NCBI GenBank assembly: GCA_021781695.1
Contig: JAJXWG010000001.1
Span: forward strand, 1-32,865
Length of the DNA stretch: 32,865 nt
Direction: 5' to 3'
From: Pseudomonadota bacterium
GTDB lineage: Bacteria > Pseudomonadota > Gammaproteobacteria > Burkholderiales > Gallionellaceae
The notes under the pieces were generated by a model, which worked only from the letters and a program-made list of their open reading frames with translations, was not told where the DNA came from and searched no databases. A program made the translations under genes and the position numbers. Shown here piece after piece: positions 10,181-17,473 of the stretch (the stretch's first letter is position 1; each line of letters starts with the position of its first letter).

Positions 10181-12046
10181 ATGAGCGAAATCAAGCAAAA
10201 GTTGCCGACGCTGGTGCTGGGTGCAATCGGCGTGGTGTTCGGCGATATCGGCACCAGCCCCCTGTATGCGCTACAGACCACTTTTACCGGCTCGGCCCCG
10301 CTGCCGGTGATCGAGACGAATATTCTGGGCGTGTTGTCCTTGATGTTCTGGACCATCATGCTGCTGGTGTCTTTGAAGTATGTGAGCATCATCATGCGCG
10401 CCGACAATCACGGCGAGGGAGGCTCACTGGCGCTGCTTTCCATGGTCAGCGAACTGACCTCAAAGAGCCCGAAGACCAAATGGTTCGTCACGGCGCTGGG
10501 CGTGTTTGCAGCCGCGCTGTTTTTTGGAGACGGCATGATCACGCCGGCCATTTCCGTGCTTTCGGCCGTCGAAGGCCTGGACCTGGTTTCTCATCAGTTC
10601 AAGGTTTACATATTGCCGATCACCTTCATCGTGCTGACCGGACTTTTCATGATACAAAAGCGCGGCACCGCAACTGTCGGCATGGCATTCGGCCCGATCA
10701 TGATCGTATGGTTTATATGTTTGGGCCTGTTTGGCCTCCAGGCTATCATGCAAAGTCCGCAGGTGCTTTGGGCGCTTAATCCATACTATGCCTACCATTT
10801 CATGGCTGCAGATCCCTGGGTGGCATTTCTGGCTTTGGGCTCTGTCGTGCTCGCCATCACAGGCGGCGAAGCGTTGTATGCAGACATGGGGCATTTCGGC
10901 AAATATCCGATACGTCTGGCATGGTTCGGCTTCGTGCTGCCCGCACTCGTGCTCAATTACTTCGGCCAGGGCGCGCTTTTGCTGCACAACCCGAAGGCGA
11001 TCGAAAATTCATTCTACCTGCTGGCTCCTGCCTGGGCGCTGGTGCCCATGGTGTTGCTTGCCACCGCGGCCACCGTGATCGCGTCGCAGGCCGTGATTTC
11101 CGGCGCATATTCGCTGGCGAACCAGTCGGTGCAGATGGGTTTCATGCCGCGCATCGAGGTTCGCCAGACTTCGGACAAGGCGCAGGGGCAGATCTATGTG
11201 CCTTTTACCAACTGGGTGCTATACCTTGCGGTCATCTATCTGGTCTTCACTTTCCAAAGCTCGAGCAATCTGGCTGCAGCCTATGGCATTGCGGTGACCG
11301 GCACCATGACGATCACCACCGTGCTGATCACCTTCGTGATGGTGCTGTACTGGCGCTGGCCGCTTTTGCTGATCGTGCCGCTGATCGCCGTGCTGTTCAC
11401 TGCGGACCTGACGTTCTTTGCCGCGAATGCGATGAAAATACCCCAGGGGGGATGGTTCCCGCTGGGTATGGCAGTGATCTCTTTTACCGTGTTGACCACC
11501 TGGAAGCGCGGACGGAAATTGCTGTTCGAAGAAATTGCAAGACAGTCGGTACCGATGCAGGTGATCCTCGACGATGCGGATAATTTCAGCCGGGTGGAGG
11601 GAACGGCAGTGTTCCTGACCAATGTGGGTGAAGGCGCGCCTTCCGCGCTGCTGCACAACATCAAGCATAACAAGGTGCTGCACGAGCGCAACATCCTGCT
11701 GACCGTGATCGTCGAAGACAAGCCTTATGTCACGCAGGGAAACCGTTTGCTGATCGATGACATGGGGAAGGGTTTTTACCGGGTGAGAATCTTCTACGGT
11801 TTCATGGACAGGCCGGATTTGCCCGAGGCGCTCAATTCATGCGCAACATTGGGGTTGCCTTTTGACATGATGAGCACGTCGTTTTTCATATCGCGCGCGA
11901 TGATCGTGTCATCTGCGAATCCCGGCATGGTGAAATGGCGCGAGCGGCTTTTCCTGGCGCTGTCAAAGAACGCGATGAATGCAGCAGATTTTTTCAAGAT
12001 CCCGACCAACCGCGTGATCGAGATGGGCACGCGCATCGAAATCTGA
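10181..12046 (+). CDS. kup: Kup (KT/HAK/KUP) potassium transporter
   Basis: GVVFGDIGTSPLY, ADNHGEGG, GDGMITPAISVLSAVEG, GGEALYADMGHFG, IASQAVISG, GQIYVP, AYGIAV; multiple TM segments plus cytoplasmic C-domain ending IPTNRVIEMG. Confidence 0.97.
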   Translation: MSEIKQKLPTLVLGAIGVVFGDIGTSPLYALQTTFTGSAPLPVIETNILGVLSLMFWTIMLLVSLKYVSIIMRADNHGEGGSLALLSMVSELTSKSPKTKWFVTALGVFAAALFFGDGMITPAISVLSAVEGLDLVSHQFKVYILPITFIVLTGLFMIQKRGTATVGMAFGPIMIVWFICLGLFGLQAIMQSPQVLWALNPYYAYHFMAADPWVAFLALGSVVLAITGGEALYADMGHFGKYPIRLAWFGFVLPALVLNYFGQGALLLHNPKAIENSFYLLAPAWALVPMVLLATAATVIASQAVISGAYSLANQSVQMGFMPRIEVRQTSDKAQGQIYVPFTNWVLYLAVIYLVFTFQSSSNLAAAYGIAVTGTMTITTVLITFVMVLYWRWPLLLIVPLIAVLFTADLTFFAANAMKIPQGGWFPLGMAVISFTVLTTWKRGRKLLFEEIARQSVPMQVILDDADNFSRVEGTAVFLTNVGEGAPSALLHNIKHNKVLHERNILLTVIVEDKPYVTQGNRLLIDDMGKGFYRVRIFYGFMDRPDLPEALNSCATLGLPFDMMSTSFFISRAMIVSSANPGMVKWRERLFLALSKNAMNAADFFKIPTNRVIEMGTRIEI

Positions 12047-12055
12047 ACATCAGGC

Positions 12056-13879
12056 TTAGAATTCCAGCCTGGACTGGTTCTTTAGCGGATCGGACTTGGC
12101 GTGAAACAGCATTACTGCATTGCGTCCGCTGCGCTTGGCGTCGTACATCGCGAGGTCGGCATTCTTCAGCAGCGCATTTTCATCGCTGCCGTGCTCCGGA
12201 TACAGGGAAATTCCGATACTGCAGGAAATATGAAGGCGGTTTGCTGAAAATTCAAACGGGTCATTGAGCGACTGACGTATCTTGTCGGCCACGATGGCGG
12301 CATGCTGCGTCGTATCGACGATAGGCAGGAGCACGATAAACTCGTCGCCGCCGACGCGTGAAACGGTATCCGATTCGCGTATGCAGTCCTGTATGCGCCG
12401 CGCAGCCTCAATCAGGATCAGATCTCCAATGGCATGCCCATAGGTGTCGTTGATCGGTTTGAATTCATCCAGATCGATGAACATCAAGGCCACATGCGAT
12501 TTGTCGCGCTTTGCGGCTACAAGCGCCTGCGCCAGCCTGTCGCTTAACAGTTGCCGGTTTGGCAAGCCGGTCAGCGCGTCATGTTTGGCAAGCTTGATCA
12601 GCGCCTGATTGGCCGCGAGCAACTGCTGGGTGCGCTGTTCGATCTTGTCTTCCAGCGAGGCATTGATTTCATTGATCTGTTCGATTTTCTGGCTGACTGC
12701 CTTGTTCATGCTGATAAAGCTTCTGGTCAGATCTCCCAGTTCATCGCCGCGATACTCATTCACCAGGTCGAGTTTTTCATTCAGCGTCTGCCTGCCGCTG
12801 GCGACATCCCGGAATATTCTGCTCAACGCGCTCAAAGGGCGCGAGATGGAATCGGCCAGATACCAGGCAAACGGAAGCATGATCAACAGGCTGGCAGCCG
12901 CGATCAATATCAGCACGCGCACCATTTCCCGGATGTTTTTATGCACGGTTGCGTCGGACTGCAGCGCAGCTATCGTGCCGACCAGACGATGGTCCGCGTA
13001 AAGCGGGATCAGGATTTGAAAGAAATTCTCGTCCCCGATGGTTGTCTGATTGATGGTGGGCGCTGCATGGGTACCCTGCCAGTCAGGATTGCGGTAGGCT
13101 GGCATGCTGCCGCTGCTGTAGCCTTTCGCAGTAAACAGGTTGATCTTGATGTCGGTCAATCGCCCGAGGTAATCGACGAAATCCCGGTCGAGAGACTGCA
13201 CCATCACCACCGTACCAAGCTGTCTGATTTGCGGTTTTCCGGAGACAGGATCAAACATTTCTCCCGTGATGGGGGCGCGGCTTTCAATCGTCAGCGCGTT
13301 GTCGACAATTGCATACTGGGCATTGTCCTGCCACGTCCCGATAAGATTGAAATCGATGCCAGCAATGCCGCTTGTCTGTTGCAAATTTTTCCTGCTGAAC
13401 TCTCCTCCTTCCTTGAGTCTCGCCACCTGAAGCGTGGTGGCAGGAAAGCGCTCGACAAAGCCTGCAAGGTTTCCGTTGGATGATGAAAATGCAACCAGCT
13501 TGCCCTGTGCGTCATAAACGGCGACCTGGGACAGCTTTGCGACTTTGCAGATTTTGTCGATATCCATGACCAGCTGCTGGTATGTATTGAACAGAACATC
13601 GCGATCCATGTCGGAATGTGCATATTGCCCGAGATACCAGATGGTCGAGCCCAGATTTTTCTGCCTTGCCAGTTGTCGCGATACATTCATCAGCAGGGTC
13701 TTGCGGTCATTCAGGTTGTCGGTGATGATCTTCGCTGCCTTGTCAAGCAGTGCGTTGGATTGCTTGTGGTACTGCCGACTGATGACCACGGACACTGCGA
13801 GCATGGAAGTTACTGCCATCACCAGACTGATAAAAAGTGCCCCCAGCAGCAGCTTGTTTTTAAGGCGCAGGAATTTCAT
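12056..13879 (-). CDS. Membrane-bound diguanylate cyclase: TM - large periplasmic sensor - TM - HAMP - coiled coil - GGDEF
   Basis: Two hydrophobic segments bracket ~290 aa. HAMP (ISRPLSAL...DELGDLTRSF), LEDKIEQRTQQL helix, HDALTGLPNR, FIDLDEFKPINDTYGHAIGD, RESD-x5-GGDEF (intact active site and RxxD I-site), ADLAMYDAKRSGRN. Confidence 0.93.
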   Translation of the reverse strand: MKFLRLKNKLLLGALFISLVMAVTSMLAVSVVISRQYHKQSNALLDKAAKIITDNLNDRKTLLMNVSRQLARQKNLGSTIWYLGQYAHSDMDRDVLFNTYQQLVMDIDKICKVAKLSQVAVYDAQGKLVAFSSSNGNLAGFVERFPATTLQVARLKEGGEFSRKNLQQTSGIAGIDFNLIGTWQDNAQYAIVDNALTIESRAPITGEMFDPVSGKPQIRQLGTVVMVQSLDRDFVDYLGRLTDIKINLFTAKGYSSGSMPAYRNPDWQGTHAAPTINQTTIGDENFFQILIPLYADHRLVGTIAALQSDATVHKNIREMVRVLILIAAASLLIMLPFAWYLADSISRPLSALSRIFRDVASGRQTLNEKLDLVNEYRGDELGDLTRSFISMNKAVSQKIEQINEINASLEDKIEQRTQQLLAANQALIKLAKHDALTGLPNRQLLSDRLAQALVAAKRDKSHVALMFIDLDEFKPINDTYGHAIGDLILIEAARRIQDCIRESDTVSRVGGDEFIVLLPIVDTTQHAAIVADKIRQSLNDPFEFSANRLHISCSIGISLYPEHGSDENALLKNADLAMYDAKRSGRNAVMLFHAKSDPLKNQSRLEF

Positions 13880-15018
13880 TCTGGATGGGCGTGTTGTGAT
13901 CTTTTACGCGGATCGTAGGAGAGAACCGGCGCATAGTTCGCGGGGGCAATGGAGCTGCCGAAATCGTATTTGGCGTAATTGCTCTGGTCCAGCAGGCCGA
14001 GTTTGATCAGGATGGTGTGGGGCGGTCTGGGGTTTCTGCCTTCCAGATAGTTCACCGCGACATTGGTGACAACCCGCGCCTGGCTGACACCCTTCGTGTC
14101 GGCTGCAGCCTTGATGTACCCTTTGCGGATGAGCTCGGCGATTTCACGCGTCAGGTCATAGGCAACTATCCTGACACGGCTCTCCAGCCCTGCCATTTTT
14201 ACCGGCAATACTGCGGCGGGCGCACAGCCTGTGCAGCCAAGAATGTAATCGAGCCTTTTGCCGTATTGATCGAGCAATTGTGCAGCCAGTCGGGATTGGC
14301 CGACCAGATCGCTGTCGCCGTACAGGATGCTGACGATGTTGACCTTGATGGAAGCTTGCTTTGCGGCTTTGCGGCTGCCTTCGACCTCTCCCTTGACCCA
14401 GCCTGCATCGGCGGGACCTGGCAGCAGCGCGACATCGACGGATTTCAAGCCGCGCCTTTCTGCATCTCGGATCACCCACTGCATGGCTTTGCTTCCCATG
14501 CCGGTGAGGGATGATGTTACCTTGCTGTTCAACTCGTCGCTGGTGCTGTCGTTGGCAAGTTCAAAGACTGGGATGCCATGTGCGCGGGCACGGGCTATGG
14601 AGGAATTGTCGGCAGTCTGGCTGATGGGTGAAATGACGATCGCGTCATACTTTGCGGCGATGGCTTCGTCCATCCTGCGCAACTGGCCGATCAAGTCGTC
14701 GTATCCGTCAGACGGGATGATGTCGACCGCGACCCCCAGTCTTTTGGCTTCGCTGATCACGCCGTAATTGCACCCGACCCAGTAAGGATCCTTGAGGTGA
14801 GGGAAAAGGAAAGCAATCCTCCATGGCTTGCTTGCTGGTTCTGTCATCCGGTAGGTTTCATCGCGCACTTGGCCTGTGGCCAGTGCCTCGTCGGCAGACC
14901 CGCGGGTTTTAAGCGGCGGATAAATTGCACTGACCGGAATGGGGTCAAACCCGAATGCGGAAAACGACGCATTGAGCAGCAACACGCATGCGATGAATTG
15001 TAAAGTCTTGCCTGGCAT
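13876..15018 (-). CDS. TorT-like periplasmic ligand-binding protein (type I, ribose-binding-like fold)
   Basis: Signal peptide from ATG 15018 (MPGKTLQFIACVLLLNASFSAFG); WRIAFLFPHLKDPYWVGCNYG..EAKRLGV...GY, LPGP..AGW, YGDSD resemble the TMAO-binding protein TorT. Its TGA overlaps the DGC ATG (ATGA). The track start at 15240 overlaps the divergent psiF start and is unlikely. Confidence 0.8.
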   Translation of the reverse strand: MPGKTLQFIACVLLLNASFSAFGFDPIPVSAIYPPLKTRGSADEALATGQVRDETYRMTEPASKPWRIAFLFPHLKDPYWVGCNYGVISEAKRLGVAVDIIPSDGYDDLIGQLRRMDEAIAAKYDAIVISPISQTADNSSIARARAHGIPVFELANDSTSDELNSKVTSSLTGMGSKAMQWVIRDAERRGLKSVDVALLPGPADAGWVKGEVEGSRKAAKQASIKVNIVSILYGDSDLVGQSRLAAQLLDQYGKRLDYILGCTGCAPAAVLPVKMAGLESRVRIVAYDLTREIAELIRKGYIKAAADTKGVSQARVVTNVAVNYLEGRNPRPPHTILIKLGLLDQSNYAKYDFGSSIAPANYAPVLSYDPRKRSQHAHPE

Positions 15019-15139
15019 ATCGTTCCAAAATTGCTTGCTGTTTTTGTGCGCTAGGTACCAGCCATTCCGATAGCCGCAGGTCATATTAATCCTATTTTGG
15101 AGTGGATTCAATGCGGATTTGCCGGTTCTTTCAAAGCCG

Positions 15140-15167
15140 ATGACATGTCTTCCGAACCGGCTATAAT
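15140..15167 (+). promoter_or_regulatory. Putative sigma70 promoter for the PsiF-repeat gene
   Basis: ATGACA (15140-15145), 16-bp spacer, perfect TATAAT (15162-15167); AAGGAG RBS before ATG 15239. Confidence 0.55.
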
Positions 15168-15238
15168 GGTCGCGTTTTGGCATGCAGCTGAAACATCCCG
15201 GCCCGGGGGGATAATACCAACTCATCAAGGAGAAACTC

Positions 15239-15556
15239 ATGAAGAAATTGATTGCAATGGCTTGTTTGGGGTTTTTTGTCGCAACATCCGCGCCGGCTTT
15301 TGCGGGAGCTCAGCAGGAAAAAATGAAAGGCTGCAATGTCGAGGCCAAGGGTATGAAAGGTGAAGAAAGACGTGCGTTCATGAGCAAGTGCCTGAAAAAG
15401 GACTATGTCTTGAAGTCTAACGCCGCAGCAAAACCTGCCGAGAGTGCGCCTGTGAAACAGCAGGATAAGATGAAATCTTGCAACGCGGATGCAAAGACCA
15501 AAGCGTTAAAAGGCGACGAGCGCAAGGCGTTCATGAAAGAATGCCTGAAAAAATAG
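15239..15556 (+). CDS. psiF: Secreted PsiF-repeat protein (two repeats)
   Basis: Signal peptide (..APAFA); two QQxKMKxCNxxAK..KGxER.AFM..CLK repeats. Confidence 0.88.
   Translation: MKKLIAMACLGFFVATSAPAFAGAQQEKMKGCNVEAKGMKGEERRAFMSKCLKKDYVLKSNAAAKPAESAPVKQQDKMKSCNADAKTKALKGDERKAFMKECLKK
15311..15553 (+). repeat. Internal duplication encoding the two PsiF repeats (15311-15400 and 15458-15553)
   Basis: cagcagga..atgaaa..tgcaa..aaagg..gcgttcatga..tgcctgaaaaa seen twice at DNA level. Confidence 0.8.
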
Positions 15557-15565
15557 TCGTCATGC

Positions 15566-15597
15566 ACGGAAAAGGCGCACTGCGCCTTTTCCGTTTT
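15566..15597. terminator. Probable bidirectional intrinsic terminator between convergent psiF and cNMP genes
   Basis: Perfect 14-bp inverted repeat ACGGAAAAGGCGCA-c-TGCGCCTTTTCCGT, with A/T tracts on both sides. Confidence 0.85.
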
Positions 15598-15614
15598 ACA
15601 GTAATCGGCGGGCA

Positions 15615-16112
15615 TTACAGCAATTCCTGTATCCTTTGATTGGCGCCTTGCAGTTTTTTGAATAACGCAATCAGCAGCGCCTTGTCCATATAATCCTTGA
15701 CCTTGGCGTCGCAGCGCAGGATTTCAATGCTGGTCTTGTCAAGCTCGGCAACGACCACATGTCCATCGGCGATGACGGTTGCAGTGCGCGAGACTTTCTC
15801 GTTGTTGAAGAAGGTGCCTTCCCCTATGCACTCGCCGTATATGATCTTTCCGACTTTCTTTCCGTTGCAGTAAACAGTCGTTTTGCCCAGCAGCACCACG
15901 TAGAAGGTGTGGGTGGCGTCCCCTTCTCTGGTGAGTTTGTCACCTGCGGCAAATGTGCGGATTTGGGTCAGCCTGGAAATGGACTCCAGATATTCGTTTG
16001 GAATGGGATCGAAGAAGGAGCATTTGCGCAATTCTGAAAATCTACTGGTCGTGCTCTCCAGTTGCTTGATGAAATTGGCAAGACTGATCTCAATGTTGTC
16101 TATCTCGTTCAT
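15615..16112 (-). CDS. Stand-alone cyclic nucleotide-binding (cNMP/CAP_ED) domain protein
   Basis: F..GD.L.REGD...FYVVLLG, GECIGE...RTATVIA phosphate-binding cassette, C-terminal helix, no HTH. ATG 16112 has an AAAGGG RBS (alternative start 16130). Confidence 0.85.
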   Translation of the reverse strand: MNEIDNIEISLANFIKQLESTTSRFSELRKCSFFDPIPNEYLESISRLTQIRTFAAGDKLTREGDATHTFYVVLLGKTTVYCNGKKVGKIIYGECIGEGTFFNNEKVSRTATVIADGHVVVAELDKTSIEILRCDAKVKDYMDKALLIALFKKLQGANQRIQELL

Positions 16113-16240
16113 GTATGCTGCCCTTTGCATGGTTCATGTATGGCCTCGATCTGCACAAGGCGAAACTTATCACAAGCCGCGAATAATGTCTTGTGCTGCA
16201 GACAGTTAGCCTGGCTGGAAATTTGAAAATCAGCTTCGGT

Positions 16241-16269
16241 TTGATGGCGCCTGTCTAATCCGTTATAAT
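16241..16269 (+). promoter_or_regulatory. Putative sigma70 promoter of carAB
   Basis: TTGATG (16241-16246), 17-bp spacer, TATAAT (16264-16269). Confidence 0.75.
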
Positions 16270-16284
16270 GCGCGACAATCTTTT

Positions 16285-16317
16285 GCGGGTTGAGCTCACG
16301 GTTCTTCCCGCTTCTTT
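16285..16317 (+). promoter_or_regulatory. Terminator-like hairpin in the carA leader (possible attenuator)
   Basis: GCGGG-tt-GAGC-tcacg-GTTC-tt-CCCGC followed by TTCTTT, between promoter and RBS. Confidence 0.45.
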
Positions 16318-16339
16318 ATGTCTATCTTGGGAGCATCTG

Positions 16340-17473
16340 GTGACGCAAACGAATCCTGCCATTCTTGTACTTGCCGATGGGACGGTGTTTCGTGGCGTTT
16401 CCATCGGCGCTGCCGGCAGCAGCGTGGGCGAAGTGGTTTTCAATACCGCGATGACCGGCTATCAGGAAATACTCACCGATCCTTCCTATTGCCGCCAGAT
16501 CGTGACGCTGACCTGTCCGCATATCGGCAATGTCGGCATAAACGATGAAGATGTCGAGTCGCGTCAGGTATTTGCCAGTGGCCTCGTCATTCGCGATTTG
16601 TCGCTCACGGTAAGCAACTGGCGCAGCAAAAGGTCCTTGCCGGAATATCTAAAGGCCAACAATGTGGTTGCTATTGCCGGGATAGACACGCGCCGCCTGA
16701 CCCGCATACTGCGCGAGAAAGGCTCGCAGAACGGCTGCATCGCGACGGGCAATGACGAGGCGGCAGCGCTTGACGCTGCGCGCGGTTTTGCGGGTCTTGC
16801 AGGCATGGATTTGGCAAAGGAAGTGAGCTGCGACCAGCCCTACGAATGGACGACGGGTGTCTGGAACTTGGCTACTGGCTATAACAATGCTGCAACGGCT
16901 AAATTTCACGTTGTCGCATACGACTTTGGTGTGAAAAGCAATATTCTGCGCATGCTGGCATCGCGTGGCTGCAGGATCACCGTAGTGCCCGCCAAGACTG
17001 CGGCGGCAGATGTGCTCGGCATGAAACCCGATGGCGTATTTCTGTCGAATGGGCCGGGTGATCCGGAGCCTTGCGACTATGCGATTGCTGCCACGCAGCA
17101 AATATTGGCGGCAGAAATTCCGCTGTTTGGCATCTGTCTTGGCCACCAGATCATGGGCCTGGCCGTCGGGGCCAAAACAGTGAAGATGAAGTTCGGCCAC
17201 CGCGGCGCGAATCATCCGGTGCAGGATCTCGCAAGCCGCCGCGTGATGATCACCAGCCAGAATCACGGTTTTGCGGTGGATGCTGCGACATTGCCAAGTT
17301 CGGCGCGGGTCACCCACGTTTCGCTGTTTGACGGGACGCTGCAGGGTTTTGAGTTGACAGACAAGCCTGCGTTCTGTTTCCAGGGGCATCCTGAAGCGAG
17401 CCCGGGGCCGCACGACGTGGACGGCCTGTTCGATAAATTTATTGAAATGATGGAAAATGCCAAAACGCACTGA
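16340..17473 (+). CDS. carA: Carbamoyl-phosphate synthase small subunit
   Basis: [29 protein letters not shown], catalytic GICLGHQ and HPE. GTG start at 16340 with GGGAG RBS; the track start at 16268 lies inside the -10 box. Confidence 0.97.
   Translation: MTQTNPAILVLADGTVFRGVSIGAAGSSVGEVVFNTAMTGYQEILTDPSYCRQIVTLTCPHIGNVGINDEDVESRQVFASGLVIRDLSLTVSNWRSKRSLPEYLKANNVVAIAGIDTRRLTRILREKGSQNGCIATGNDEAAALDAARGFAGLAGMDLAKEVSCDQPYEWTTGVWNLATGYNNAATAKFHVVAYDFGVKSNILRMLASRGCRITVVPAKTAAADVLGMKPDGVFLSNGPGDPEPCDYAIAATQQILAAEIPLFGICLGHQIMGLAVGAKTVKMKFGHRGANHPVQDLASRRVMITSQNHGFAVDAATLPSSARVTHVSLFDGTLQGFELTDKPAFCFQGHPEASPGPHDVDGLFDKFIEMMENAKTH

Noticed and set aside
13876-15018. Calling the gene torT of a TMAO-reductase regulon
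   Set aside because: No torS, torR or torCAD in the window and the partner is a DGC; ligand unproven, so no gene symbol given.
15019-15240. 74-aa N-terminal extension of the TorT-like ORF
   Set aside because: Runs across the psiF promoter and start; the signal peptide begins at ATG 15018.
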